Assembly: GCA_046296715.1 (NCBI GenBank)
Contig: JBKBIN010000018.1
Coordinates: 1-24,229, forward strand
Reading direction: 5' to 3'
From: Candidatus Ratteibacteria bacterium
GTDB lineage: Bacteria > Ratteibacteria > UBA8468 > B48-G9 > JAFGKM01
DNA length: 24,229 nucleotides
A program made the translations under genes and the position numbers. The stretch's first letter is position 1. Every line of letters starts with the position of its first letter. Under the pieces are notes generated by a model, which worked only from the letters and a program-made list of their open reading frames with translations, ran no database searches and was not told where the DNA came from. Of the stretch, positions 17,564 to 24,229 are shown piece after piece.

Positions 17564-18580
17564 ATGAAGAAAATTTTGATAACAGGCGGTGCTGGTTTCA
17601 TTGGAATAAATCTTGCTTTAGATTTATTAAAAAATAAAGAGAATTATGTAGTTATTTATGATAATCTTTCAAGAACTGGAGTTGAAAAAAATCTTGAGTA
17701 TCTCCAATCACTTAAACTTAAAAATTTTTTATTTATCAAAGGGGATATTAGAGATTACAAAAAATTAAAAGAGATTGTTAACGATTGTGATGAAATTTAC
17801 CATCTTGCTGCACAGGTTGCAGTTACAAAATCTGTTGAAAATCCTGTTGAAGATTTTGAAATAAATGCTAAAGGAACTTTACTTTTACTTGAGACGATTA
17901 GGAAAAACTGCCCTTCTTCAATTTTAATTTTCAGTTCAACAAATAAAGTATATGGAGAATTATCAGATTTAAAAATAAGAGAAGGTAAAAAAAGGTATTA
18001 TTTAACTGACAAAAAAAATGGAATAGATGAAAATGAAAATCTTGATTTTCATTCTCCTTATGGTTGTTCAAAAGGGACTGCTGAACAATATGTAAGGGAC
18101 TATTATAGAATTTATCAATTGAAAACAGTGGTTTTCAGACAATCATGTATCTATGGTCCATTTCAAAGAGGAAATGAAGATCAGGGATGGGTTGCTCATT
18201 TTATTATAAAAGCATTTTTAAATGAAAAAATTAATATATATGGAAATGGTAAACAGGTAAGGGATCTACTTTACATATCAGACCTTATAAATGCTTATAA
18301 ACTTGCAGTAAAAAATATTGAAAGATGTAAAGGAGAAATTTTTAATATTGGAGGCGGAATTAAAAATACATTTTCTTTACTTGAACTGATTGAGTTTCTT
18401 GAGAAAAAATTAAATAAAAAGATAGAGTATGAATTTTTTGACTGGAGACCAGGAGATCAGAAAGTTTTTATAAGTAATAACAAAAAATTTGAAAGATTAA
18501 CTGGTTGGAAAATTAAAATAGATAAAGATAAGGGAATTGAGGAATTAATAAAATGGGTTAAGAAAAATATAATAAAATGA
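17564..18580 (+). CDS. NAD-dependent epimerase, CDP-paratose 2-epimerase (tyvelose epimerase)-like
   Basis: ITGGAGFIG, DNLSR, HLAAQVAVT, SSTNKVYG, DFHSPYGCSKG, FRQSCIYG, EDQGWV, WRPGDQ; these match the RfbE-like SDR subfamily. Confidence 0.85.
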   Translation: MKKILITGGAGFIGINLALDLLKNKENYVVIYDNLSRTGVEKNLEYLQSLKLKNFLFIKGDIRDYKKLKEIVNDCDEIYHLAAQVAVTKSVENPVEDFEINAKGTLLLLETIRKNCPSSILIFSSTNKVYGELSDLKIREGKKRYYLTDKKNGIDENENLDFHSPYGCSKGTAEQYVRDYYRIYQLKTVVFRQSCIYGPFQRGNEDQGWVAHFIIKAFLNEKINIYGNGKQVRDLLYISDLINAYKLAVKNIERCKGEIFNIGGGIKNTFSLLELIEFLEKKLNKKIEYEFFDWRPGDQKVFISNNKKFERLTGWKIKIDKDKGIEELIKWVKKNIIK

Positions 18581-19908
18581 AAAAAATAGGAATTATTGGT
18601 TCAGGACATGTTGGACTTGTAACAGGTGCTTGTTTTGCAAAACTTGGGAATAAAGTTATATGCTGTGATAATGATGAAGAAAAGATCAAGAAATTAAAAA
18701 ATTTACAAATACCTTTTTATGAACCTGGACTTGAAGAAATAGTAAAGGAATGTGTTGAAAAAAAACTTTTATTTTTTACTGAATCAATTTATCAAGTTGT
18801 TAAGGATACAGAAATCATATTTATAGCAGTTGGAACACCACCAACAGATGAAGGGAAATTAGATCTTTCTTATGTTGAAAATGTTACTGTTGAAATTGCA
18901 AAAAGTTTAACAAAAATTAAAAATGAAAACCCTCAGGAAAAAATTTATAGATTAATTGTTGAAAAAAGTACTGTTCCTGTTTTAACAAGTGAGTGGGTAA
19001 AAAAAACACTCAAACTTCTATCACCAACAGGTATTGAATTTGATATAGCAGCAAATCCTGAATTTTTGAGAGAAGGGAGTGCAGTTAATGATTTTTTTCA
19101 TCCAGATAGAATAGTTGTTGGAGTTGAAACAAAAAGGGCAAAAAAAATTTTTGAAGAAATATATAAACCTATGAAATGTCCTAAAATTTTTACTGATATA
19201 AGAAGTGCAGAATTAATAAAACATGCATCAAATTCTTTTCTTGCTTTAAAAATTTCATATATAAATGCAATTTCAAACATATGTGAAAAAGTAGGAGCAG
19301 ATATTGAAGTTGTTGCAAAAGGAATGGGACTTGATAGGAGAATTGGTAAAGAATTCTTAAAAGCAGGTGTTGGATATGGTGGAAGTTGTTTCCCTAAGGA
19401 TGTTGCTGCTTTCATATCACTTTCTGAAGAAATTGGATATCCTTTTAATCTTTTAAAAGAAGTCCAAAAAATAAATCAACAGCAAAGATTACTTGTAATA
19501 AAAAAAGCAAAGGAATTGTTATGGAATTTAAAAGGGAAAAATATAGGGATATTAGGTCTTTCTTTCAAACCAAATACAGATGATATAAGAGAGTCACCGT
19601 CAATAGATATAATAAAAATACTAAAAAAAGAAGAAGCAGTATTAAAATGCCATGATCCCAAAGCAATTGAAAATATGAAAAAAATATTTCCAGATATTTA
19701 CTATTCAGAAAATCCATATAATATTGCAGAAGAATCACATCTTTTAATTTTTTTAACAGAATGGAATGATTATAAGAAACTTGACTTTAAAAAAATAAAA
19801 GAATTAATGAAAATGCCTTATATAATTGATGGAAGAAATTTCCTTGACATTAAAATCTTAAAGAAACTTGGTTTTATTTATAGAGGAATCGGAAGAAAAA
19901 ATGAATAA
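18577..19908 (+). CDS. ugd: UDP-glucose 6-dehydrogenase
   Basis: IIGSGHVGLV, PFYEPGL, IAVGTP, KSTVPV, NPEFLREGSA, GYGGSCFPKD, GLSFKPNTDDIRESPS, DGRN. Confidence 0.93.
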   Translation: MKKIGIIGSGHVGLVTGACFAKLGNKVICCDNDEEKIKKLKNLQIPFYEPGLEEIVKECVEKKLLFFTESIYQVVKDTEIIFIAVGTPPTDEGKLDLSYVENVTVEIAKSLTKIKNENPQEKIYRLIVEKSTVPVLTSEWVKKTLKLLSPTGIEFDIAANPEFLREGSAVNDFFHPDRIVVGVETKRAKKIFEEIYKPMKCPKIFTDIRSAELIKHASNSFLALKISYINAISNICEKVGADIEVVAKGMGLDRRIGKEFLKAGVGYGGSCFPKDVAAFISLSEEIGYPFNLLKEVQKINQQQRLLVIKKAKELLWNLKGKNIGILGLSFKPNTDDIRESPSIDIIKILKKEEAVLKCHDPKAIENMKKIFPDIYYSENPYNIAEESHLLIFLTEWNDYKKLDFKKIKELMKMPYIIDGRNFLDIKILKKLGFIYRGIGRKNE

Positions 19909-20848
19909 AAAGGTATTAATAAGTGGAGGATGTGGTTTTATTGGAAGCCATTTGTGTGATTTTTTCATTAAAAATGGAGATATTGTCTGGTGTATTGATA
20001 ATTTAATAACTTCTGATAAAGAAAATATTAAACATCTATTAAATGAAAAAAATTTTATTTTTATTGAGAGAGACCTTATATACATAAATGAAGATGAAAT
20101 AGATGAAAAATTTGATTATGTTTTACACTTGGCAAGTCCAGCATCTCCTGTTGATTACCTAAAATTTCCAATAGAAACATTAAAAGTAAATTCAATTGGA
20201 ACTGAGAAGATGTTGAATATTGCATTAAAGTCAAAATCAACTTTTTTATTCACTTCTACTTCCGAAGTTTATGGAGATCCACTTATTCCTATTCAAAATG
20301 AACAATATTGGGGAAATGTAAATCCAATTGGTCCAAGAAGTGTATATGATGAAGCAAAAAGATATGGTGAAGCATTAGTTATGGCTTATCACAGAAAATA
20401 TAAACTAAATACAAAAATTATAAGAATTTTTAACACATATGGACCAAGAATGCGATTAAATGATGGAAGAGTAATACCAAATTTTATTTATAGTGCCTTA
20501 AATAATCAACCTTTGCCAATTTATGGAGATGGTAAACAAACAAGAAGTTTTTGTTATATAGATGATTTAATAGAAGGAATTATAAAAGTTCTTGAAGTTG
20601 ATTACAATTTACCTATAAATCTTGGAAATCCTGAAGAATTTACTATAATTGAACTTGCAGAAAAGATAGAAAATATATTTGGGAAAAAACTTGGTTTTAA
20701 ATTTCTTCCTCCTATGCAAGATGACCCAAAAAAAAGAAGGCCTGATATTACTCTTGCAAAAAAACTTTTAAATTGGGAGCCAAAAATAAATCTTGAAAGT
20801 GGATTAAAAAAAACTATCTCTTTTTATTTAAGCAACGATAAGAGATAA
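19901..20848 (+). CDS. UDP-glucuronic acid decarboxylase (UDP-xylose synthase family)
   Basis: Start moved to ATG 19901, overlapping the ugd stop. GGCGFIGSHL, HLASPASP, STSEVYGDP, YWGNVNPIGPRSVYDEAKR, RIFNTYGPRM, DGRVIPNF, QTRSFCY, DDPKKRRPDIT. Confidence 0.93.
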   Translation: MNKKVLISGGCGFIGSHLCDFFIKNGDIVWCIDNLITSDKENIKHLLNEKNFIFIERDLIYINEDEIDEKFDYVLHLASPASPVDYLKFPIETLKVNSIGTEKMLNIALKSKSTFLFTSTSEVYGDPLIPIQNEQYWGNVNPIGPRSVYDEAKRYGEALVMAYHRKYKLNTKIIRIFNTYGPRMRLNDGRVIPNFIYSALNNQPLPIYGDGKQTRSFCYIDDLIEGIIKVLEVDYNLPINLGNPEEFTIIELAEKIENIFGKKLGFKFLPPMQDDPKKRRPDITLAKKLLNWEPKINLESGLKKTISFYLSNDKR

Positions 20849-20857
20849 TTTTGGAAT

Positions 20858-21226
20858 TCACTTACCTCCTTCAATTTCTACAAAATCTTTTTTTATAAAT
20901 TTTTTGTACCAGTTATTATATTCAGAAGTTGTTATTAGATGAATTTGAAACGGAGAAAATGAACCTATTTTTGATTTAATTTCTGTTTTTATTTTTATTC
21001 TATCTTCATATGTATCAGATAAATTGTCTGTGACTATTAAAACATCTATATCACTAAACGGTTTATATTCATTCTTTACTATAGAGCCAAAAACAACAAC
21101 TTTAACTTTCCCTAAGATTTTTTCTGCCTCTTCTTTAATTTTTTTGCAGTAAAGATAATAATTTTTAAAATACTCTTCTCTTTCTTTAACCCTTTTTTTT
21201 AATATCTGAACAAATAATTTATTCAT
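20858..21226 (-). CDS. Minimal nucleotidyltransferase (MNT) domain protein, putative antitoxin
   Basis: VVVFGSIVKNEYKPFSDIDVLIV = GSx10DxD polymerase-beta motif; 122 aa; 4-nt overlap with the HEPN gene. Confidence 0.88.
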   Translation of the reverse strand: MNKLFVQILKKRVKEREEYFKNYYLYCKKIKEEAEKILGKVKVVVFGSIVKNEYKPFSDIDVLIVTDNLSDTYEDRIKIKTEIKSKIGSFSPFQIHLITTSEYNNWYKKFIKKDFVEIEGGK

Positions 21227-21627
21227 TTTGAAAATTTTTCTCTTGTTATTTTTTCAGTTAAAGTTATAAATTCTTTCGCATTTTCTATTATTTGGGAAGC
21301 AAAATTTTTTGAAAACTGCTTAGGAAAATATCTTGTTGTAAAGTAAGCATCCTCAATATTGTTAAAAAATAATTCCTTTTCCTTATAAAACTTTATTATT
21401 TCTTCATTTTCATAAACTTCATATAGATTTTTTATCAAATCAGAAAAATAATGAGTTTTTGGCCAATCACCTACTTTTTTTGCTATTAAATATTTTATCC
21501 ATAATTGAAGTGCCTGTTCTATATTAAATATTGAGAGATTATATTTTTTTTCCTTATAAAGATGATTTCCTTCTTCCCAGAATTCTAAACACCTTATCTT
21601 TAAAAAACTAATTTCTTTCTTTCTCAT
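21223..21627 (-). CDS. HEPN domain protein
   Basis: YNLSIFNIEQALQLWIKYLI, WPKTHYFSDL, EDAYFTTRY; 134 aa helical protein coupled to MNT. Confidence 0.88.
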   Translation of the reverse strand: MRKKEISFLKIRCLEFWEEGNHLYKEKKYNLSIFNIEQALQLWIKYLIAKKVGDWPKTHYFSDLIKNLYEVYENEEIIKFYKEKELFFNNIEDAYFTTRYFPKQFSKNFASQIIENAKEFITLTEKITREKFSK

Positions 21628-21633
21628 AGAAAA

Positions 21634-21662
21634 ATTATAATCTTTTTAAGATTTCTTAGCAA
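21634..21662 (-). promoter_or_regulatory. sigma70-type promoter of HEPN-MNT, probably leaderless
   Basis: Minus strand TTGCTA (21662-21657), 17 nt, TATAAT (21639-21634), 6 nt, ATG 21627. Confidence 0.7.
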
Positions 21663-21665
21663 ATT

Positions 21666-21694
21666 TTGATTTTTATCTTTATTTTTGTTAAATT
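21666..21694 (+). promoter_or_regulatory. sigma70-type promoter (extended -10) of the epimerase-GT unit, probably leaderless
   Basis: TTGATT (21666-21671), 17-nt spacer ending in TGn, TAAATT (21689-21694), 7 nt, ATG 21702. Confidence 0.6.
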
Positions 21695-21701
21695 TATATC
21701 T

Positions 21702-22814
21702 ATGGAAAAAGTTCTTGTTACTGGTGGATGTGGTTTTATAGGAAGTCATCTTGTTGACAAACTTATAGAGAAAAATTATGAAGTAACTGTCATAGATAAT
21801 ATTGATAAACAAGTCCATCCAGATGGTATTCCTGAATATATAAATTTAAATGCAAGGTACATTTTTGAAGATATAAGAAAGAAAAAAGAACTTAAAAGAT
21901 TAATTAAAGAGGTTGATTATATTTTTCATTTTGCTGCAAAAGTTGGAGTAGGACAATCGCAATATAAAATAGAAGAATATGTTGATGTTAATATAAGAGG
22001 AACCGCAAACTTACTTGATCTAATTGTAAACACTACGAATAACATTAAAAAACTGATAGTTGCTTCTTCAATGAGTATATATGGAGAGGGACTTTATAAA
22101 TGTGAAAGATGTGGAGATGTAAAACCAGAATTAAGAGATTTCAAAGAAGAAAAAATTGATAATTGGGAACCAAAATGTCCTTTCTGTAAAGGAAAAATAA
22201 CACCTGTTCCAACTCCAGAAACACTTCCTTTAAAATGTAATTCAATTTATTCAATAACCAAAAAAGAACAAGAGGAAATGTGTTTATTAATTGGAAAAAC
22301 ATATAAAATTCCAGTTGTTTCTTTAAGATTTTTTAATGTATATGGACCAAGACAGACACTTTCAAATCCATATACAGGTGTATGTGCAATATTTTTAAGC
22401 AGAATAAAAAATAATAATCCTCCTGTAATTTTTGAAGATGGACTTCAAACAAGAGATTTTATATGGGTTGAAGATGTCGTAAATGCTTGTATTTTATCTA
22501 TGGAAAAAGATACTTCAAATTATGAAATTTTTAATGTAGGAAGTGGAAAGCCAGTAAGTATAATTGAAATAGCAAATTTACTTATTAAACTTCTTGGCAA
22601 AGATTTAAAACCAGAAATAACATATAAATTTAGGAAAGGAGATGTAAGACATTGTTATGCTGATATAAGTAAAATAAAAAACAAGATCGGCTTTGAACCA
22701 AAAACAAATTTAGAAGAAGGATTAAAAAAATTAATTGAGTGGGCAAAAAAAGCAAAAGCAGAAGATAAATTTGAAAAAGCACATAGAGAACTTAAGAAAA
22801 AAGGACTTGTGTGA
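21702..22814 (+). CDS. NAD-dependent nucleotide-sugar epimerase/dehydratase with CxxC...CxxC insertion
   Basis: Start moved to ATG 21702 (MEKVLVTGGCGFIGSHL). HFAAKVGVGQS, ASSMSIYGEG, YSITK (YxxxK), LRFFNVYGPRQ.LSNPYTGV, FEDGLQTRDF, RKGDVRHCYADI. Confidence 0.9.
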   Translation: MEKVLVTGGCGFIGSHLVDKLIEKNYEVTVIDNIDKQVHPDGIPEYINLNARYIFEDIRKKKELKRLIKEVDYIFHFAAKVGVGQSQYKIEEYVDVNIRGTANLLDLIVNTTNNIKKLIVASSMSIYGEGLYKCERCGDVKPELRDFKEEKIDNWEPKCPFCKGKITPVPTPETLPLKCNSIYSITKKEQEEMCLLIGKTYKIPVVSLRFFNVYGPRQTLSNPYTGVCAIFLSRIKNNNPPVIFEDGLQTRDFIWVEDVVNACILSMEKDTSNYEIFNVGSGKPVSIIEIANLLIKLLGKDLKPEITYKFRKGDVRHCYADISKIKNKIGFEPKTNLEEGLKKLIEWAKKAKAEDKFEKAHRELKKKGLV

Positions 22815-22817
22815 TAT

Positions 22818-23525
22818 ATGAGTTTATTTTTAAGTATTGTAATCCCTGCGAGAAATGAACAAGAAAGTATAAAAGATACAATTGAAAGTTTAACTCCACA
22901 TTTAAATATAGAAGAAACAGAAATAATAGTTGTAAATGACCACTCTGAAGATAAAACAGAAGATATTATCCTTGAACTTAAAAAAAAATATTCTTTTTTA
23001 AAACTTGTAAGAAATGAAAAAGAACCAGGATTTGCAAATGCTTTAAAAACAGGTTTTGAAAATGCAAAGGGTGAATTTGTATTACCTATTATGGCTGACG
23101 GTTGTGATGATCCAGAAACAATAAAAAAAATGATAAAAAAAGCAAAAGAGGGATATGATTTGGTTTGTGGTTCAAGATATACAAAAGGAGGAAAAAAGAT
23201 AGGAGGTCCTAAAATTCAAACTTTTTTTTCAAGATTTGTCGGAATTAGTTTATATTATTTAATTGGTATTCCTACAAAAGATACACCAAATGCTTTTAAA
23301 ATGTATAGAAAAAATATTTTAAATTCTTTAAATCTAAAATCAACAGGCTTTTCAATATCAATGGAAATATGTTTAAAATTTTATTTTTCTAACTTTAAAA
23401 TATGTGAAGTTCCAACTGTTTGGTATGGAAGAAAAAAAGGAAAATCAAAATTTAAATTATCAAAAACACTGCCCTATGTAAAACTATATATTTGGGCTAT
23501 TTTAAAAAAATGGAAATTTCTATAA
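22818..23525 (+). CDS. Glycosyltransferase family 2, polyprenol-phosphate glycosyltransferase (DPM1-like)
   Basis: SIVIPARNE, IVVNDHSED, MADGCDDP, VCGSRY, DTPNAFKMYR, EVPTVW..RKKGKSKF. Confidence 0.88.
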   Translation: MSLFLSIVIPARNEQESIKDTIESLTPHLNIEETEIIVVNDHSEDKTEDIILELKKKYSFLKLVRNEKEPGFANALKTGFENAKGEFVLPIMADGCDDPETIKKMIKKAKEGYDLVCGSRYTKGGKKIGGPKIQTFFSRFVGISLYYLIGIPTKDTPNAFKMYRKNILNSLNLKSTGFSISMEICLKFYFSNFKICEVPTVWYGRKKGKSKFKLSKTLPYVKLYIWAILKKWKFL

Positions 23526-24214
23526 TAGTACCTGCTTATAATGAAGAAAAAAGGATATTGAAAACTATTGAAAAGATTTATAAATATTTTGCAGAAAAAA
23601 ATTTGGATTTTGAAATAATTGTTGTTGATGATGGAAGTAAAGATAAGACAATTGAAGTTGTTGAAGAACTTTCAAAAGATAAAAAAGAAGTAAAAATTTT
23701 AAAACATCCTAAAAATATGGGGAAAGGTGCTGCAGTAAGAACTGGTGTACTTAATTCTTCTGGTGATTTAATTTTATTTACAGATGCTGATCTTTCAACT
23801 CCGATTGAAGAATTTGAGAAACTTAAGAAAAAGATAGAAGAAGGGTATGATATAGCAATTGGTTCAAGAGGCTTAAAAGATTCAAAAATTGTTATACCAC
23901 AGCCATTTTATAGAAGAATTATTGGAAAAATTTTCCCTTTGCTTGTAAGATTACTTGTTATAAAAGATTTTAAAGATACTCAATGTGGATTTAAATTATT
24001 TAAAAAAGAAGCAGGTAAAAAAATATTCAGTCAACTTAAAACAAATGGATTTGCTTTTGATGTAGAAGTTCTTGCAAGAGCAAAAAAAGAAGGATATAAA
24101 ATTGCAGAAGTTGGAGTTGTATGGTATAATTCTCCGCGTTCATCAGTTAAAATATTTAAAGATTCGTTTAAAATGTTTTTTTCACTTCTAAAAATAAGAT
24201 TTAAAAAATGTTAA
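23510..24214 (+). CDS. Glycosyltransferase family 2, dolichyl-phosphate beta-glucosyltransferase (ALG5)-like
   Basis: Start moved to ATG 23510. SIIVPAYNEEKR, VVDDGSKD, NMGKGAAVRTG, FTDADLSTP, IAIGSR, DTQCGFKLF, GFAFDVEVL. Confidence 0.9.
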   Translation: MEISIIVPAYNEEKRILKTIEKIYKYFAEKNLDFEIIVVDDGSKDKTIEVVEELSKDKKEVKILKHPKNMGKGAAVRTGVLNSSGDLILFTDADLSTPIEEFEKLKKKIEEGYDIAIGSRGLKDSKIVIPQPFYRRIIGKIFPLLVRLLVIKDFKDTQCGFKLFKKEAGKKIFSQLKTNGFAFDVEVLARAKKEGYKIAEVGVVWYNSPRSSVKIFKDSFKMFFSLLKIRFKKC

Positions 24215-24229
24215 AAAAAATAATATTAA

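Noticed and set aside
26..20085. Short or antisense ORF-track entries (26..277, 1829..2026, 2048..2251, 3866..4072, 7920..8105, 8403..8642, 9615..9923, 10505..10768, 10640..10831, 11561..11983, 15292..15507, 17039..17536, 19098..19415, 19476..19661, 19858..20085)
   Set aside because: They overlap well-supported genes on the opposite strand or another frame, are mostly F/I/S/L-rich shadows of Lys/Glu-rich coding sequence, and show no motifs.
20847..21668. AATTTTG direct repeat flanking HEPN-MNT as a target-site duplication
   Set aside because: A 7-bp AT-rich match is expected by chance; there is no transposase or terminal inverted repeat.
21624..21818. 64-aa minus-strand ORF upstream of HEPN
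   Set aside because: Antisense to the epimerase and spans two promoters; no coding signal.
1..24229. CRISPR arrays, tRNA/rRNA genes, IS or prophage genes, alternative genetic code
   Set aside because: No regularly spaced repeats, cloverleaf motifs, transposase or phage genes seen; TGA and TAA terminate genes at the expected positions.

Overview
AT-rich bacterial genomic window, tightly packed, with no rRNA, tRNA, CRISPR array or transposase visible. From left to right it contains: (i) the 3' part of a transketolase and an AIM24/TIGR00266 gene; (ii) a translationally coupled mosaic housekeeping operon: gatC, accA, hisG, a 30-aa bS22/AURKAIP1-like basic protein missed by the ORF track, a TPR lipoprotein, dxs, nadK, and a 2x[4Fe-4S] ferredoxin read in frame into a sugar-phosphate isomerase; (iii) a minus-strand UroD-like gene and an amidohydrolase broken by three homopolymer indels; (iv) a ~1965-aa secreted multidomain protein (FlgD-Ig, 12 NHL blades, Ig/FN3, an unrecognised Gly/Ala-rich core, TSP3-like Ca-binding repeats, C-terminal dockerin) preceded by a possibly structured leader; (v) a divergent nucleotide-sugar/glycosyltransferase cluster interrupted by an antisense HEPN-MNT pair. 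Most first genes of transcription units have a sigma70-like promoter ending 6-8 nt before the ATG with no Shine-Dalgarno, which suggests leaderless initiation. The best candidate for an undescribed system is the giant dockerin-bearing protein with its unknown core and leader. All functional calls come from motif recognition by eye; no searches were run.
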